Of a stretch of 64,000 nt of DNA, positions 14,274 through 28,400 are shown in pieces. Both the position numbers and the translations under genes were made by a program. The DNA is taken from NCBI GenBank assembly GCA_013239625.1, contig MU053934.1, forward strand, positions 2,994,399-3,058,398. Direction: 5' to 3'. The notes under the pieces were generated by a model. The model saw nothing but the letters and a program-made list of their open reading frames with translations. It searched no databases and was not told the DNA's origin. The number at the start of each line of letters is the position of its first letter. The first letter of the stretch is position 1. This stretch comes from Lama guanicoe (lineage: Eukaryota).

Positions 14274-17200
14274 TCAGATGCGATATGTCCTGTCTTTTGT
14301 TTCCCTACTGCTTCCATCTCTGGGCTCCTCATCCAAGCATTCGTTCATGGCTTCATTCATTCACCCTTTTAGCACTCACTAAGCTCTCCGTCCTTGCCAG
14401 GTGAGTGCCAGAGAAAGGTCCAGTCACTGTCCGGGAGCTATAAGAATAGCAGGGACAAATACAAACACCACCGGGAACAAACAGCTCAGAAGTGAGGGCT
14501 CCCAGAGAAGTCCTGGGGTGGGGGAGGTCACAGTGTGAGCAAAGGGCTGCAGGCCAGGGGACTTAGAGGCAGGTGGGCGGGATCCAGATCGCGCCCAAGA
14601 GAGATGCCTTTTCTTCTTGCAGCCATGAGAGCCGTGGAAGGTTAGGCAGGGCTGGGACACGGTAGGGTTGAACCATAGGCTCCTCTAGCTGCTGGGAGCA
14701 GCAAAGCAACGCTGCGGAGGCCGAGAGACCAGCAGGGCGGCCGAGCAGTAAGGGAAGCAGGCTGAGAGTTTCGTTTCAGGTGGAGAGAAGACAGTGTGTT
14801 CCAGTGGGGCTGAGAGGCAGCCCAGGGAGAGGAAATGAGCTCGAGCTAGTGGTGATCAAACAACGAGAATAAACAGATTGCACTTAGCAAAGCATCTCAA
14901 TACGTTCCAGGAGCTGAGCTAAGTGCTGTGCACACACCACCTCATTTAATAGCTCCATGAAACCCATTCTACTATTGTCCCATTTTACAGACCTGGACCA
15001 GGCAGACTAGATTCATCTAATCTCCACCTAAATCTTTCTCAGGCCTTGGTTTTCTCCTCTGTCAAGTGGGGGTAATGACAATCCTTACAGGGTGGTTGCA
15101 AAGCTTAGGGATGGTGTAGCTTTGAGCGTCAGCATAGCGCCTTGCACACAGCAGGTGCTCAATACAGGTACTGACTGTTCTTTAGGTGGATGTTGAGGGG
15201 GAGGGAGAAGGTGGAGCTGGGGAGAAGGTCCTAGGACTTGTCACTCTTCAGTTGGCCCTGCTTGAGGCTCAGACATAGCCAGTCCCAGGGCTGTCCTCAC
15301 TTCATGCCTCCTTCTCCATCACTCCCGTTCACACCCACACCCCTACTGTGCCTCTGCTCTTACGTCTAGTCCATGAGCTTTGTACGCAGCACTAGACCCT
15401 GCACATCAGTGCCACCTGTGCCATCCATCCATTCCACATAGTTACTGGGCACACACTATGTGTTTGATTTAGGCACTGGGGACTGGCAGTGAATAGTCTC
15501 TTCCATGGGCCATAAGTATGTCATTTAAACCTCACCATAAGCCCGTGACGCAGGGAGGATAGGTGCTCTGCCAGGAAGCAGTAGGGATGTGGGAGTGAGC
15601 CCCGGATGTGGGAGGCAGCCTGGTGTGTGGGGAGTCCACACTCTGCGTTTTAGTTCTGGCGCCACCTCTCACCAGCTGTGTGACTCTGGGCCAGTAGATC
15701 AGCCACTCTGAGTTCTCTCCAATGGGCACATTACTAATTCCTGTCCCACCTACTTCTCTACATGGTTCCAAGGACCAGGAAGGGATTGGAGGTAAATGAA
15801 CAGGCTCTGCCCTGATACTGCTACCTCTTGCTCAACTCCCTCCTCCTGACGCCTGGTCATCCTGACTCCAGGGGGAAGCTGACCTTCCCAGGGAGAGACC
15901 TCTGATGTCTGCAAAGGGAAGAGACAGGGCACTGGGGGAGAGGTGCCTGGCTGTGCCTAGGTGTTTGTGTTCTTTAAATCTTGCTCCAAGCTGATGCTTT
16001 GCTTTTGCCATTTTAATAATTACTTTTTTGGTGAGGCTGATTAAGTGGAAAGCTTTGTGCTGGTCTCTGTTGATAATCAGGAACACCTTTGGGGAGCCTG
16101 GGAGAAAGTAATGAAATTGCCTTGTTCTCCTCGCCTAGCCTTTGCTCTCTCCCTCTGTCCAGGGTGACCTTTACCCTCCTGGACCTAACAGATTCCTACC
16201 TACCCCCAGTCCTGAGTCTATAACCTCCTCCTCCATGAAGTCTTCCAGGACCCCCCCCAAGTCAGAAGCAACTCCTTCCTTCCTCTAGAGCCATGTCCCT
16301 TCCTCTGCTTTGGACTGTAGTCCCCAGGGTCCATCTCTGTCCCCAAGGCAGAACGATTCCCTTTCCATACTGCCTCCGAGACCTCTGTTCTACCACTGGC
16401 ATTTGGTGTTGTGAGATTCTGTTTATGTGTCTGTCTCCCTCATGGGGCTTGGAGCTCCTCCGAGGGCAGGGGTGAGGACACGGTCAGCTGGTGTCTCCAG
16501 AGCAGGCCTGGGGCCTGACATGGATAAAGTGCTCAAAAAGCCTGTTTAAAGGATGTGAATTGTCATCCTTGCCCCATTAGACTCTGTGCTCCTGGACGGT
16601 GGGGCTCCGAACGTGCACTGAATTAAAGAAGGATAATTACAAAGCAACTGCCAGAAACCTGGGGACATACAGACACCAGCACAGGCAAGGCCCTTTCCAG
16701 ACTAAGGATCAGGACAACATGTGTACCAATGCAGTGGAAGGTGACAGATTGGTAGAGAGATCAATCAGTTCTTTTGCTTTTCCTTGGATACAGGGAGGGA
16801 ACATCCTACAGGTTCCCTCATCAGTGAGTTAAACAAATCTTTGACATGTGCTCATATCTTTGTATGAGAATCATGACTTCAACTGTACTTTGGCCCCATC
16901 CAAGGAAGTAAGCATTTGACCAGCCACATGGGAGGAGAGGAAGGTCGGAGAAGATATAACCAGGATTTCAACTCTGCCTCCCTCAGGAGAAGGGGGCCTC
17001 AGCCCTGAGTAGAAACTCTAGGTAGGTAGTCTAGGAAGAATCTGGGAATTTAGGAGCTCATGCTCAGAGCCACAGGTACAGTAGCACAGGTGGTGCACTG
17101 CACAACTCCAGGACTCTCCAGTCACACAGACTACAATGTGAACAGCGCTCCCTGGTGTTGTGTGGCATGGTGGCCCTGCTGGTGCTTTGCTTCCCAGGGC

Positions 17201-17625
17201 TTAGCATGAAAACTGTGGAACCTTTTGGAGAAAAAACAAGGTGACTTGAGCAATAGGGCTCTGGGATGGTGTAGGAGGAGAGGGCAGATGAACCTGGCTG
17301 AGGGAGGAAGGGAAGGAAAAGGTGGAGGGAGTATCCTTGAAGGTGACAGAAATACCCCCAAAAGACAAAATTTTACAGCCAAAGGGACTGATGCACTTCA
17401 AAGTGGCAAGATTATTTTCTACCATCAGTGGAAACTTCAGTAGATGGTGGGCAAACAGAATTCTATGATAGAAAAGTAGAGTGCAGCTAAATTTGATACC
17501 CACTCTCACACCCTACCCAGGATACACACTCACACTTCGGTACAAGACACACACATATGTTCACACGTGCACAACATCTCCTCCCCTCCTCCCACAGGCC
17601 CCCGAGCCTTACTCAGGACCCATCA

Positions 17626-18372
<747 letters not shown>

Positions 18373-18826
18373 TCAGGCTTACCGAGCGCTTACTACCTCC
18401 CAGGTATCGCTCTCCACCTGCTTGTGGAAGCCTCTGAACAACCTCTGAGGTGGGTGCTCTCAACATCCCCATTTTACAGATGGGGAAACTGAGGCTCAAG
18501 AGGTTGTAGGCCACAGACAGTAAGTGGCAGAACCAGACATGAATGGGACAGCCACCCTCACCCCCAAGACCTCACATGTCAGGCCTTGATAAAGGCACTA
18601 TGGCCATTGTCTAGCATAATCCCTACCACACCACGGTGCCCATTCTACAGATGGGGAAACCAAGCTCGGTGAAGGGAGGTCACATGCAGGAAGACTCTCT
18701 GTGCCTCAATTTCCCCATTTTAAAAAATGAAGGCATTGTACCAGAAGCCTACAGCATCCCCTCCCATTCTTTGAGTCTAAGGTTCTAGCAGGAGCTGGTT
18801 GAGGTGGGGGAGCTGGGGCGACTCAC

Positions 18827-18894
18827 CCAAAGGAGTAGACGGAGCTGGAGTTGTAGTAAGGACCCAGGCGGGTGCTGGCAATGAGCTCCTTGAG
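18827..18894 (-). CDS. TMPRSS6: TMPRSS6 exon 4 (SEA domain)
   Basis: ttcag|CTC...TTTGG|gtgagt; 68 nt; LKELIASTRLGPYYNSSSVYSF. Confidence 0.97.
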
Positions 18895-19394
18895 CTGAAA
18901 GGAGGGGAAATAATCAGAGCCCCGCTGGTGACCCCCAGCAGAAACCCTCTCCTGCCTTGGGGTGCCCTTTGGCCCTCCCAGCATCCCTGCTCGACAGAGG
19001 AGACCAGGGAGTAGAGAGGCTTGCCAGCGGTCACATGGTGGACAGTGGCCTCGCCAGGAAACAAGACTTATCCCAGCTTTTTTCCCCTCCACCTACACCA
19101 GTTCTGACCTTGACTGGACCACCAATGGCCTCTCCCCTCATTGAAAGTCACTCCTTGACTCTGAGAAGCCCCACTGGGCCCGTCAGTTCCCTCCTTACCC
19201 ACAGCCACCAGCCACGGGAGCTCAGCTGGTTGGCTTTTGCACATGCTTGGTGACAGTGCTGATGGCAGAGTAGAACAGCAGGACTGTAGGTTCTTAAAGC
19301 ACTTTGACCGGCATCGAGACCATGTCCGTGCTCTCTCCTCTCTCATTTCAACCCCACCACAACCCTACAGACAGGCACTGTAGTTATCACCCCA

Positions 19395-19750
19395 CTTCTG
19401 GTCCCCCAGAAGCAAGTCCTGAGTCAAGGATGTGAGACAAGTGGTTTATTGGGAGGTGGCTCTGAAGAACACCAGTGCGTGGTGGGGAAGAGAGACAGGC
19501 GGGGAGGCAGATGACACGGCTGTGAAGGTGCCGGGCAGAGCTGCGGGCAGCTGAGGCACAGTCTGTCAGGGAGCTCTGGGAGACAATGGGGCATCCTCAG
19601 AATGCCCCCACCAAGGGCCGAGGGAGCCGGGGTATTTATCCACCCACTCCATCTCTTATGCCTGAGGGTTGGTGCTGGGAATAACTAACTCCTCAGCATT
19701 TCCAGCCTGCCCTGCTGAGCAGGGTGTGGTCCTGCAGCCCGAGGGCGGAA
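19395..19750 (-). mobile_element. Old ERVL-type LTR (LTR33/LTR16-like)
   Basis: cccagaagcaagtcctgagtcaaggat...gtttattgggaggtg...ggtatttatccaccc resembles recalled LTR33 consensus (reverse). Confidence 0.5.
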
Positions 19751-20054
19751 GGTGCTGGCAGCAGGAGAGCATCCCCAGTGCAGTAAGCCACTGCCCGGGA
19801 GGAGAGGGGGTGTGGGTGAGCCCTGGCAGCGTCCCTGCATTGCCCTTTCCGAAGGCTGTGCTCCCACTACGTGGTGCAATCAGGGTCTAGTTCAAGTGCA
19901 TTTGACCCCAAGGTCCACTAACTTTTCCCCCACCTCTCACCATTGTGGCTAGAACTGGGCTCTGCTCCCAGTGAGTGCTCTGGATGGATGAACGACTGAC
20001 TGGACACAATCAGACGCCTCCCCTCTCCCTTCTTGTCCCCACAATCCTTCCTAC

Positions 20055-20188
20055 CATCTTCTGAGCTTTGGCGGTTTCACTGCGGAAGGCACTGGACTCC
20101 CGGTGGGCAAGGTCCTGGGAGAAGTGGCGATTGAGCACGCGGAGGCTGCCTGCGTACACCTGGCTGACCGTCACCTCCGCCTTGTACC
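20055..20188 (-). CDS. TMPRSS6: TMPRSS6 exon 3 (SEA domain start)
   Basis: acag|GG...ATG|gtagga; 134 nt; [44 protein letters not shown]. Confidence 0.97.
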
Positions 20189-21081
20189 CTGTCCAGGAAG
20201 AAGCCAGCAAGGTTAACCAAGGGAGCAGATGGGAAAGGCTTCTGTGTCCCTCACATCTTCTCCTAGCTCCCTGAATCCTCAGCTCAGCCTCCAGCCTCTT
20301 GGGCCTCCACGGCACCACCACCATCAGCACCGTCATCTTTGTCATTGTCATTCATGTTTATGTAGTGACACCATGCCAGGGAGGAGAGAGGCCCACAGAA
20401 GAATGGCATCCCAAAAGTTCCCTGTCAGAAGCTGACATAAGGACCAGTTTAGGACATGAAAGCCAAGAAACCCACCTGGGCCCAGGAGGTCAAGTTCCTG
20501 GTTTAGCACCTCTGTGTTGTCCACCAGGTTGTCCAGCATATGTAGGGACCCTACTATGTGGGGTACACTAGTAAACCAAGAAAGACATGTCTTCCCACAC
20601 GGAGCTGACAGTTGTGGGTAAGACAGACTCATGGACATGAACACGTGGGACTCATCAGCCATAAGTGTCTCAAAGCAGAAGCACAAGGTCCTGTTGAGGG
20701 GACTGACAAAGAAACCCAGCCTGGGCCAGGGTGACCCTCCATCTGAGATGGGAGGACTGGAGAATAAACTGGGAAGAGAGGAGACAGGGAAGTACCTTCA
20801 GGGCAGATGGAATAGCATGTGCAAAGGCCCTTACCCAAGGGGACCGTATGAAGGACCAGGGTCAAAAGCCTGTTTGGCTGGAGCAATCAGATGGGGGGAG
20901 GGGCAGCAAGAGGCTGTGACATCAGCAGGGCAGGATTCTGGTTTTTCCCTGATGAACAAGGGAAACCACGAAAGGTTTAAAAAATCAAGGGTGATGTCAT
21001 CAGATTTCTGCTTTGCAAAGATCTATGAGCTGATTTGAAGAGACTAGATTCATAGCCCGGGGTTTCTATGCTTATTCAGTA

Positions 21082-22420
21082 GTTCATTCATTCAACAAAT
21101 ATTTATTGAGAACCTATGATGTGTAGGGACTGGCCTAGAACACTTGGGAATATACCAGTATAACAATGAATAAAATAATAAAGAAAAAAACAAACTTGTC
21201 CCCAGCAGCTTTTAGTCTAGCAAGAAAGACAATAAACAGACTTAAAATATAACATGTTAGAGACATAAGTGCTGTGGAAATCAGGGGCCAGCGTGGGCTA
21301 CAACAGGTAGGTCAGGGAAGAAGTGATGCTGTCAGCCATGTGGATGTTAATCTATGGAAAGAGCCTTCCAGGCAGCAGGACCAGCAAGTGCAAAGGCCCT
21401 GAGGCAGGAGCTTGTCTGGTGTGTTTGAGGAACAGCAAAGAGTGAGCAAAGGGAGAACAGGAGGAGATGCGATGGAGGGGAGGGAGGTCATGTAGGGCCT
21501 TGATGTTTACTCTGAGTGAGTTGGGAGCCATGGGAGAGTTTAAGCAGGGAAGTTAGATGACTTGACTCGCTTTGTAAAACAATCCATCTGCCCTTGTGTT
21601 GAAACAGGCTCTGAGGAGTCAAGAGCAGAAGCAGGGAGCTCTATAGGCGGCTCCTGCAGCGGTCCCAGTGAGAGTAGTCCAAGTGAGAGGTGATGGAGCC
21701 TGGACCAGGCTGTGCAGTGAAGAGGGAGAGACATGATTAGGGTCAGAGTATATTTTAGTTAGAGATGACAGGGTTTGCTGGCTGGCAAATTAGGACTGGG
21801 GTGTCAAAGAAAGAGAGGAGAAAGGGGAGCAACGGGAAGGATGAAATGGCCACTGCCGGGGGTGTGGGGGTTGGGCGCAGGTTTGGAAGAAATGACAGAG
21901 AGTCACTTTTAGAACGACTGGAGTCTGAGATGCCCTTAGACATCCTGGAGGAGGGGTAGGCCCGGCGATCCAGTGGAACTCAAGGGAGAGGCCAGGCTGG
22001 AAACACAAATCTGGGAATCATCGGTGTATAAGGGAGGGGGTGGAGGCAAAGCAGAGGAGAGCCTCTCCATCGGCGAAGGACACAGAGGAGAAGCCACCAT
22101 GAGCTGAGGGAAAAGACAGTGTGGGCGCCCCAGAAGCCAAGTGAGGAAAGTGTTTCAAGGAGGATGGGGTGATGCGCCTGGTCAAGTTTTGCCGATGGGT
22201 CAAATGCAATGAGGACTGGCCATTGGATTCGGCAGTGTGACAACTGGTGACCTTGACAAGTGGCTGTTGGAATTGTGAGGGGATGGGGGGCAGGGAGTCA
22301 GACCGGAAAGGGTACCAGAGAGACTGGAGAGGCAGAACTGGAGGCAGCAGCACTTTGAAACAGCAGGGGTTTGCTGCAAAGGGGAGCAGAGAAGGGCTGT
22401 GTGGTGGGGCACCAGAGGGA
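21082..22420 (-). mobile_element. LINE-2 remnant
   Basis: 3' tail tcattcattcaacaaatatttattgag; minus-strand peptide [27 protein letters not shown] resembles the L2 RT motif [25 protein letters not shown]. Confidence 0.8.
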
Positions 22421-24482
22421 TCTGGTGCAGGAGCAATGAGACGGCGCAGTACACTGACGGATGATGCCACGGGAGGAGAGAGGGGCCACGACTGCAGCTT
22501 GGCCACCATGTGGGCAAAGAGGATCTGGGCCAGGAGGACGGCTGGCTTTAGGCGGGGCAGGGCTGGTTCACCTGTGGGGACCAGCAGAGGGCAGAGCACG
22601 TGGGTGAGGCTGGGAGGACATCTGTGGGGCTTCTCTTCTGAGTTGTTCCATTTTCTCATTGAAGAAGGAGGCAGAGTGAGTAGTGGGTATGGGAGGTCTG
22701 AGAAGAAAGCCTAAAACAGTGGCCCAGGAGAGCAGGACAGGGAAAGGACCAGGGAGCTACAGCTGGCAGCATTCAGGTCCCCACTCTAGGGATCTGAGTA
22801 GACCAGCCCAGAGCCCACCGGCCTCCGGAAGCCAGCCTCAACCCTCTCCTCTCCTGGGCTGCTTTCTGGGTCAGGCTGCCACTTAACCAGCCATTCACCC
22901 CTCACTTCAGGCCTATCCTGCTCCAGTGTAACAGGCCTCTTGTCCATCTCCCTTCCAGACCGGGCAGGGTGAGTCTGTGATCCATCCCCTCACCCAGTGC
23001 CCGGTACCCAGAGCACAGCCTGGTCCAGGGTGGGAAGAATCGTTCAAACATCTCCTGAGGTGCCTCTTCTACCCTCATTCCTCAGGGGAAGGGGTCGGCT
23101 TCCCCCAGCTGAGGCTTTGGAGCACTCACCCCCTGGGTCCTCAGCCCTACAGAGCACACCCCCGCCAGGGGGCTGATTCACTCCTGGAGCATCAGGAGAA
23201 ATTAGACTCTGGGAAGAAAGACAATTGGCAGACGGGTTCTTGGCCCTTCCTTCAGTCTGACGCCCTGTGGTTTCCCCTGAAGACTAATTATCCTGCAGCT
23301 TAAGGAGGCCTCGGCAGCCCTGTGCTATTTGGGGCACTGGCTTCCTGCCGGTGGTGAAATGCACATAGCTCCCACTCCTTGCCCTCGATGCTCAGTGCTC
23401 GGCTCTGAGCAGAATCACTATCTACCCTGCGTCACGGCAGGTGGGTCTGCATCAGACCCAGGCTTCCCACCTCTGGAGCTGCACCTGCACTGCTATCCCC
23501 AGTGGCTGCCCCAAAATGGGTCCCCATTCCTTTCAATGAACCTGAAATTCTACCAGGAGATTCTGTCAGTACGAGAATGATCGAACGTTTGCAGAATGTT
23601 TAATGGACAGTCTCTGATCACTGGGCAAGGTAGGTTGTCCCTGCTAGGGTTCCACTGGGACCCCCTCAGCTTGCTCTGTCCTAGCAAGTACCAGGCTTTA
23701 TAGTGAGTGGCAGAAAGCTGGCACATAGGAGATGCTTAGTACTGAATGAATGAATGAATGAGTGGAAGGATGGACAAGTGGACCCAGAATATGGGCCAGT
23801 TGCTCCTGGGGCCCCAGGGGATGGATTGAGCTGCTCTGGACACCCCAGGCACTCCCGTTTCACTCTGGGTTGACTTTCACGTGTGCCCGTGCTGGGTTAT
23901 AAAGTTATCTCTGTGCTTGGACACCTCCTTGGATACCTGAGTCCTGTGCCATCCCCTCCACTTCATCTCCGCACATGGTGGGCCCTGGAGATCCAGAGGT
24001 GATAGAGCTGTGGTCCCCACCCTAGAAGAGCTCCCAGGTTGGGCTCAAGTGTGCAGAAGCACTAACTGGTGCCAAGTGTCACTAGCACCACTGGGCCTCC
24101 CCAAGCTGAGCCAGGTGGCTCTGAGCCCCAGGGGCAACCCAGGAAGGCTGCGGGCAAGGGGAGGCAATGAACTGACTTCCTTTTGACAGTTCACAAGAAC
24201 TGGGTGCTGGGCGAACACACTTTCCTCAGCTATTGGGAACTGGAAGCACTTGACCCAAGCAAGGAATTTGCACTTGGCCTGAGCCCCAGGACCTAGAATG
24301 TAGGTGCAGCAGCGTTCCCCTCTCACAGGACAGCAAGGGAGACTCAGAGAGATGTGCTTGTCCAAGGTCACACAGTGAGTTTCTAGGCATTGCTGAGCCT
24401 GGAATCCTGGTCTGTCCTGCTGTGCCCCCTCAACCACCCCAAGTCCTCCCCAAGTGCCTCCCCCAAGGGCCCATACAGTTAC

Positions 24483-24678
24483 CTAGGAAATACCAGAGCA
24501 GGACCCCCACAGACGCCAGCACGACCAGGGCCAGCCACAGGGGAGCCAGGCGGAGGTAGTCACGGACTTTTCTCTTGGAGTCTTTAGGGGCCTTGAACAT
24601 CCCCTCTGGCTCTGCCTCCTCGCCATCACCTCCATCGCCCTGCCCACCAGCCACCTGGGGGGCCTCAGCCATGGGCAT
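24483..24678 (-). CDS. TMPRSS6: TMPRSS6 exon 2, first coding exon (cytoplasmic tail + type II transmembrane anchor)
   Basis: ctag|G ATG (exon starts 24679); [29 protein letters not shown]...[22 protein letters not shown]; donor G|gtaact. Confidence 0.96.
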
Positions 24679-27600
24679 CCTAGCAAGGAAATAGACCAGT
24701 GTTGGAAACAGCCTGGCATTTGCAAGGGAGTTGTTACTGAACGCCAGTCTTGCACAGAAGCAAGACAGCACCTCTGCCTTTTGGAGGAGGAGGATAATGA
24801 AGCCAAGTGGTAGTGACTGAAAGTGGGCACTAAGCCAATACACAGAGGAGGAAAGCGCATCTCAAAGCAGCTAGCCCCAGACGGCCAGCGACAGAGCGGG
24901 ACCCGGTCCGGCTCCGTGACCCCCACCTTTGCATCTGCAGTCAGAGGACGGGTAAAGGTTTCATAGCCTGAAACCCACTCCACAAAGGCTGCACCCACAG
25001 ATGGAGCTGGGGTACATACATGGAGCACAAATTTCTGTAAAGCAGCTCCTTCTGCCCTCAGCTTTCTTTCCACTTGGGGGATGTTTTTCCATCTTCTTAG
25101 TTCTCAATAGCAGAGCTTTTCACAATATCGATGCAATCAATTCACTTAGCCCTCCCCAAGAAGCCCTGAGCCAGCTCTGTGCTGAGCCAGGGACTGCCCT
25201 CCAAGGAGAGCCATCCCTCTGGTCTCCTCACCGCCCAAAAGGGGAAGAGGAAGGAGATAAAAACTAATATACATTTAGTGTTTGCCCAAGACATTTCGCA
25301 GATATCACCCCATTTAATCCTCTGGTCACCCTGGGATGTGGGGACCATTGTCCCCACGCGTTCTTCCTCAGGCCCACTTTGTTTGGACACTTTCTGTGTA
25401 TTATCTTGCTTAACCTCCAAACACCTTTTGAGGTTCTACAGCCATTGGACAGATGAGGAAACTGAGACCCAGAATGTTTTAGCAACAACTCAGTCCAGGG
25501 GTTTCCTAGCCTCATTTTCCCAATGTGATTTGAATATCTGGCATTGACAATCAGACCCACTTTGCAGATGAGAAAACTGAAGCCCAGGGAAGCTAAGCCA
25601 CTGGCCCAAGATCACACAGCAGGTGAGTGGGAGTTGAGCCCAGGTGTCTGACTCCCTCCTCTTTCTGCTACTCAGGGCTACTTCCTGTAAATGAGCTGTT
25701 AATTAACAAATCCTAATGAAATAGTCCTGAATGCCACCCTATCAGAGCTCTGGGCCTGCAGCTCTGTCTTTAGACCCTCAGGCAAACTTTTGAGTGCTAT
25801 TTGGCTTCTCAGGCAGGGTTTCCCACAGTACAGAGAAGGCCCTTCCCCTGCCTGCCCATCGGCACAGCAAAGATTCCAGACCCTGGGAAGTTAGTCTTCC
25901 CTTGCCACATCCAAAAGGGCCACTGTGACTTTAAAATACATTCCCAGGTGTGTGTGTGGAGGGAGGAGATGGGGGTCCTTTGGGTTGTATCTTCAGATTT
26001 CTGAAAGTGGGACTCCTTTGTGATGCTCAGATATTCCCAGTCAAGGGGCTCTGGCATCCAGGGACCTCCTGAGTGGCCCATGGAGACAAGGGAGGAGGGG
26101 CTGCTGGTAATTCTCAGCTGGGACCAGGACTCCCCTCCACCCCAGCCAGAGGACATCTGGATATGTGGGGCAGGCCTTGCTGGCGTTCATGAGGCCAGGG
26201 TCACAGGTTTGGGACAGCCCCACCCACTGCCCTGAGAGTCTGGGGCATCCTTGGTGAAACTGGCTGTCCCCTGCAAGCTGAATGGGGTGCTTAGAGCCAG
26301 GAGAGCCCAGTGATGGGTCTGCTCCTGCCCTCTCTCAGCTTCAGGTCCACTCCCTCTGCCAGAGAGCCACACCCCCATTTTACTCTGATTCTAGATCACC
26401 AGGGAGCTACTGGGGACTCGGTGGGGCACAGAGGTGACAACACCTGACATTTATTTAAATTGTTTCCAGTGCTTTATACATGCCGTCTCATGTAAGCCTT
26501 TCATGGACCCTGTCAGGGTAGGTTCTCTAATTAGCCCCATTTTACAGATGAGAAAGTTGAGGCACAGAGAGGTTGAGTAGCTTGGCCAAGGTCATGCAGT
26601 TGTTTAGCAGCAGAGACAAGCTGCAAACCCAAGTGGTTTGTCTTCAGAATAACACCCCAACCACTGTGCTCTACCTGCCTCGCACATCATCAGGGTACGA
26701 GGGGAAACTGAGGCTCAGAGAAGGTCATAGGTGTATTAGAGGAGGTGCCAAGAGGAGCAGTCCAGGGTAAGATGCTCAGTAGGCCTCCCTTTCCTCTCCC
26801 CATCCAGGCCTTCACTGCCTCCCTCATTAATGTCCCTCACGTCCATCTGGGAGAACTTTGCGCATCAGGCAGGAACTTGTTTTCAGAAAACTCACGTATA
26901 AAACTCAAAATCAGGCACAGCCCAAATGGCGGGGCAGTTGACCTAGGCTCCCAATCACCTGCCACCTGGACTCGTGCGGCAGCCTCCTAACTCTCCTCCT
27001 GTCTCCCATTTCCTCCTCCAGCACATCCTCCACATTGTCACCAGGGAGCTCTCCCTGCCCACCTGCAACCTTTCACATGCTCCAAATCCTCTCAGGGCTC
27101 CCAGCTACCTCCAAACCCACTGCCGTGGCATCCAAGACCCTCCATGGTCAGGCTGCTGCCCTGGCCCCCGTAGCCCTAACTTCCGTCATGGACATCACCC
27201 CACAAGCCCACAAGAAGCACCTTTATACAGCCACACCCTCTGCCTGGAGGTTGGTGGGGACCCTTACAGGCTGGCTCCAAGGCTACCTGCTCAGCAATGG
27301 GGCCGTGGATAGCAAGTCACCTCCTCCCCTAGGCAGCCCTTGGTCAGATCTCCATGCCTGGATTTTGGCTTCTGGCTTTGTTTCTTTCCCCCACAAGAAA
27401 AGGGACCTGTGTCTCATTCACCTCTGGATGCCCATAGAATCTAGCACAGGGCCTGCCCCCTGAATGAGGTAGAGAGAGAGAAAATGACTTACTCAAAGTC
27501 ACTCAGCCAGGGGCAGGCAGAGCAGAAAGGGACAGAGCTGGGGTTCCGATCTTGGAGCCTCCAGCGAGGCCATTGGGGCCTAGAGTCAGTCCTGACTATG

Positions 27601-28242
27601 AGCTGCTTCAGCCGTGTCCCTGAGTGTGGGAGGGATGGGTGAAAGTCCCTTCTACATGCAAACACCCGCATAAACTCACACAGAGATGTACACAGATGGG
27701 AACACACTGAGCTGCACACACACCTATCTGAGACACAGAAACTCAGATGCACACTCGTACTTTACAGACACTCGCGAACACACACACACAGCCAGCCACG
27801 TTCGACTCTGAGCCTGCCCCTGTTTAGAACAGTGGGGGGCTCTGGGCCTGTCTCCCACACCAGAAAGCCCAGGCCGGGTACCTGAATGTGGAGGGGGCAG
27901 CTCGGCCGGCCCTGCAGAATGAGAGTGGGGTGCCCAGCCTGACAAATCAGGCCTCTCCCTGCCCCGTCCCTGCCCCAGAGTCTACCAGCCCCAGCTGAAC
28001 CCCGGGCCTCCCAGCACCCGGAACCTGCAGCCCCTCCACTGCCCTGTGCCTGTCCTTACACCTGGCCTCCGATCCCAGCTCTGGGGACCTCTCGCCTTCT
28101 GCTCACCTGGTCACTCTCTGGCCACTGAGGCCCAGCACTCCCCAGGCTCATGCCCCAGGGAGCCAGGCCCGACTTTTGGAGTGGACACTGTCACCAGGTC
28201 ATTCATAGTCCCCGATCCCCTGTCCTGGAGGTCCCCGCTTAC

Positions 28243-28302
28243 CTTTGGGAGTGGCAGGTGGGTGCCGGGCCTGCACGCAGGCCTCAGAGCCTCTGTTTGT
28301 CC
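28243..28302 (-). other. TMPRSS6: TMPRSS6 non-coding exon 1 (5'UTR; 5' end approximate)
   Basis: GGACAAACAGAGGCTC...CCACTCCCAAAG|gtaagc: strong donor; sequence matches my recollection of the main human TMPRSS6 5'UTR; splices to give AAG|G ATG. Confidence 0.75.
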
Positions 28303-28400
28303 CGGCCAAGGTCTCCCTCCCCACCCCCACTCGGCCAGGTCGGGCTGGATCAATGGCCCACAGCCATGGCCAGGGTGTCTGGCCCTTGTCCCCTGTGGCC
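28285..28400 (-). promoter_or_regulatory. TMPRSS6 proximal promoter, hepatocyte-type motifs
   Basis: TGTTTGT (FOXA-like, 28294-28300), GATCAAT (ONECUT/HNF6-like, 28348-28354), CACCC boxes; no TATA seen. Confidence 0.5.

Noticed and set aside
22018..22714. Long ORFs (155-213 aa) in TMPRSS6 intron 2
   Set aside because: Overlap a decayed L2; no coherent protein or splice structure
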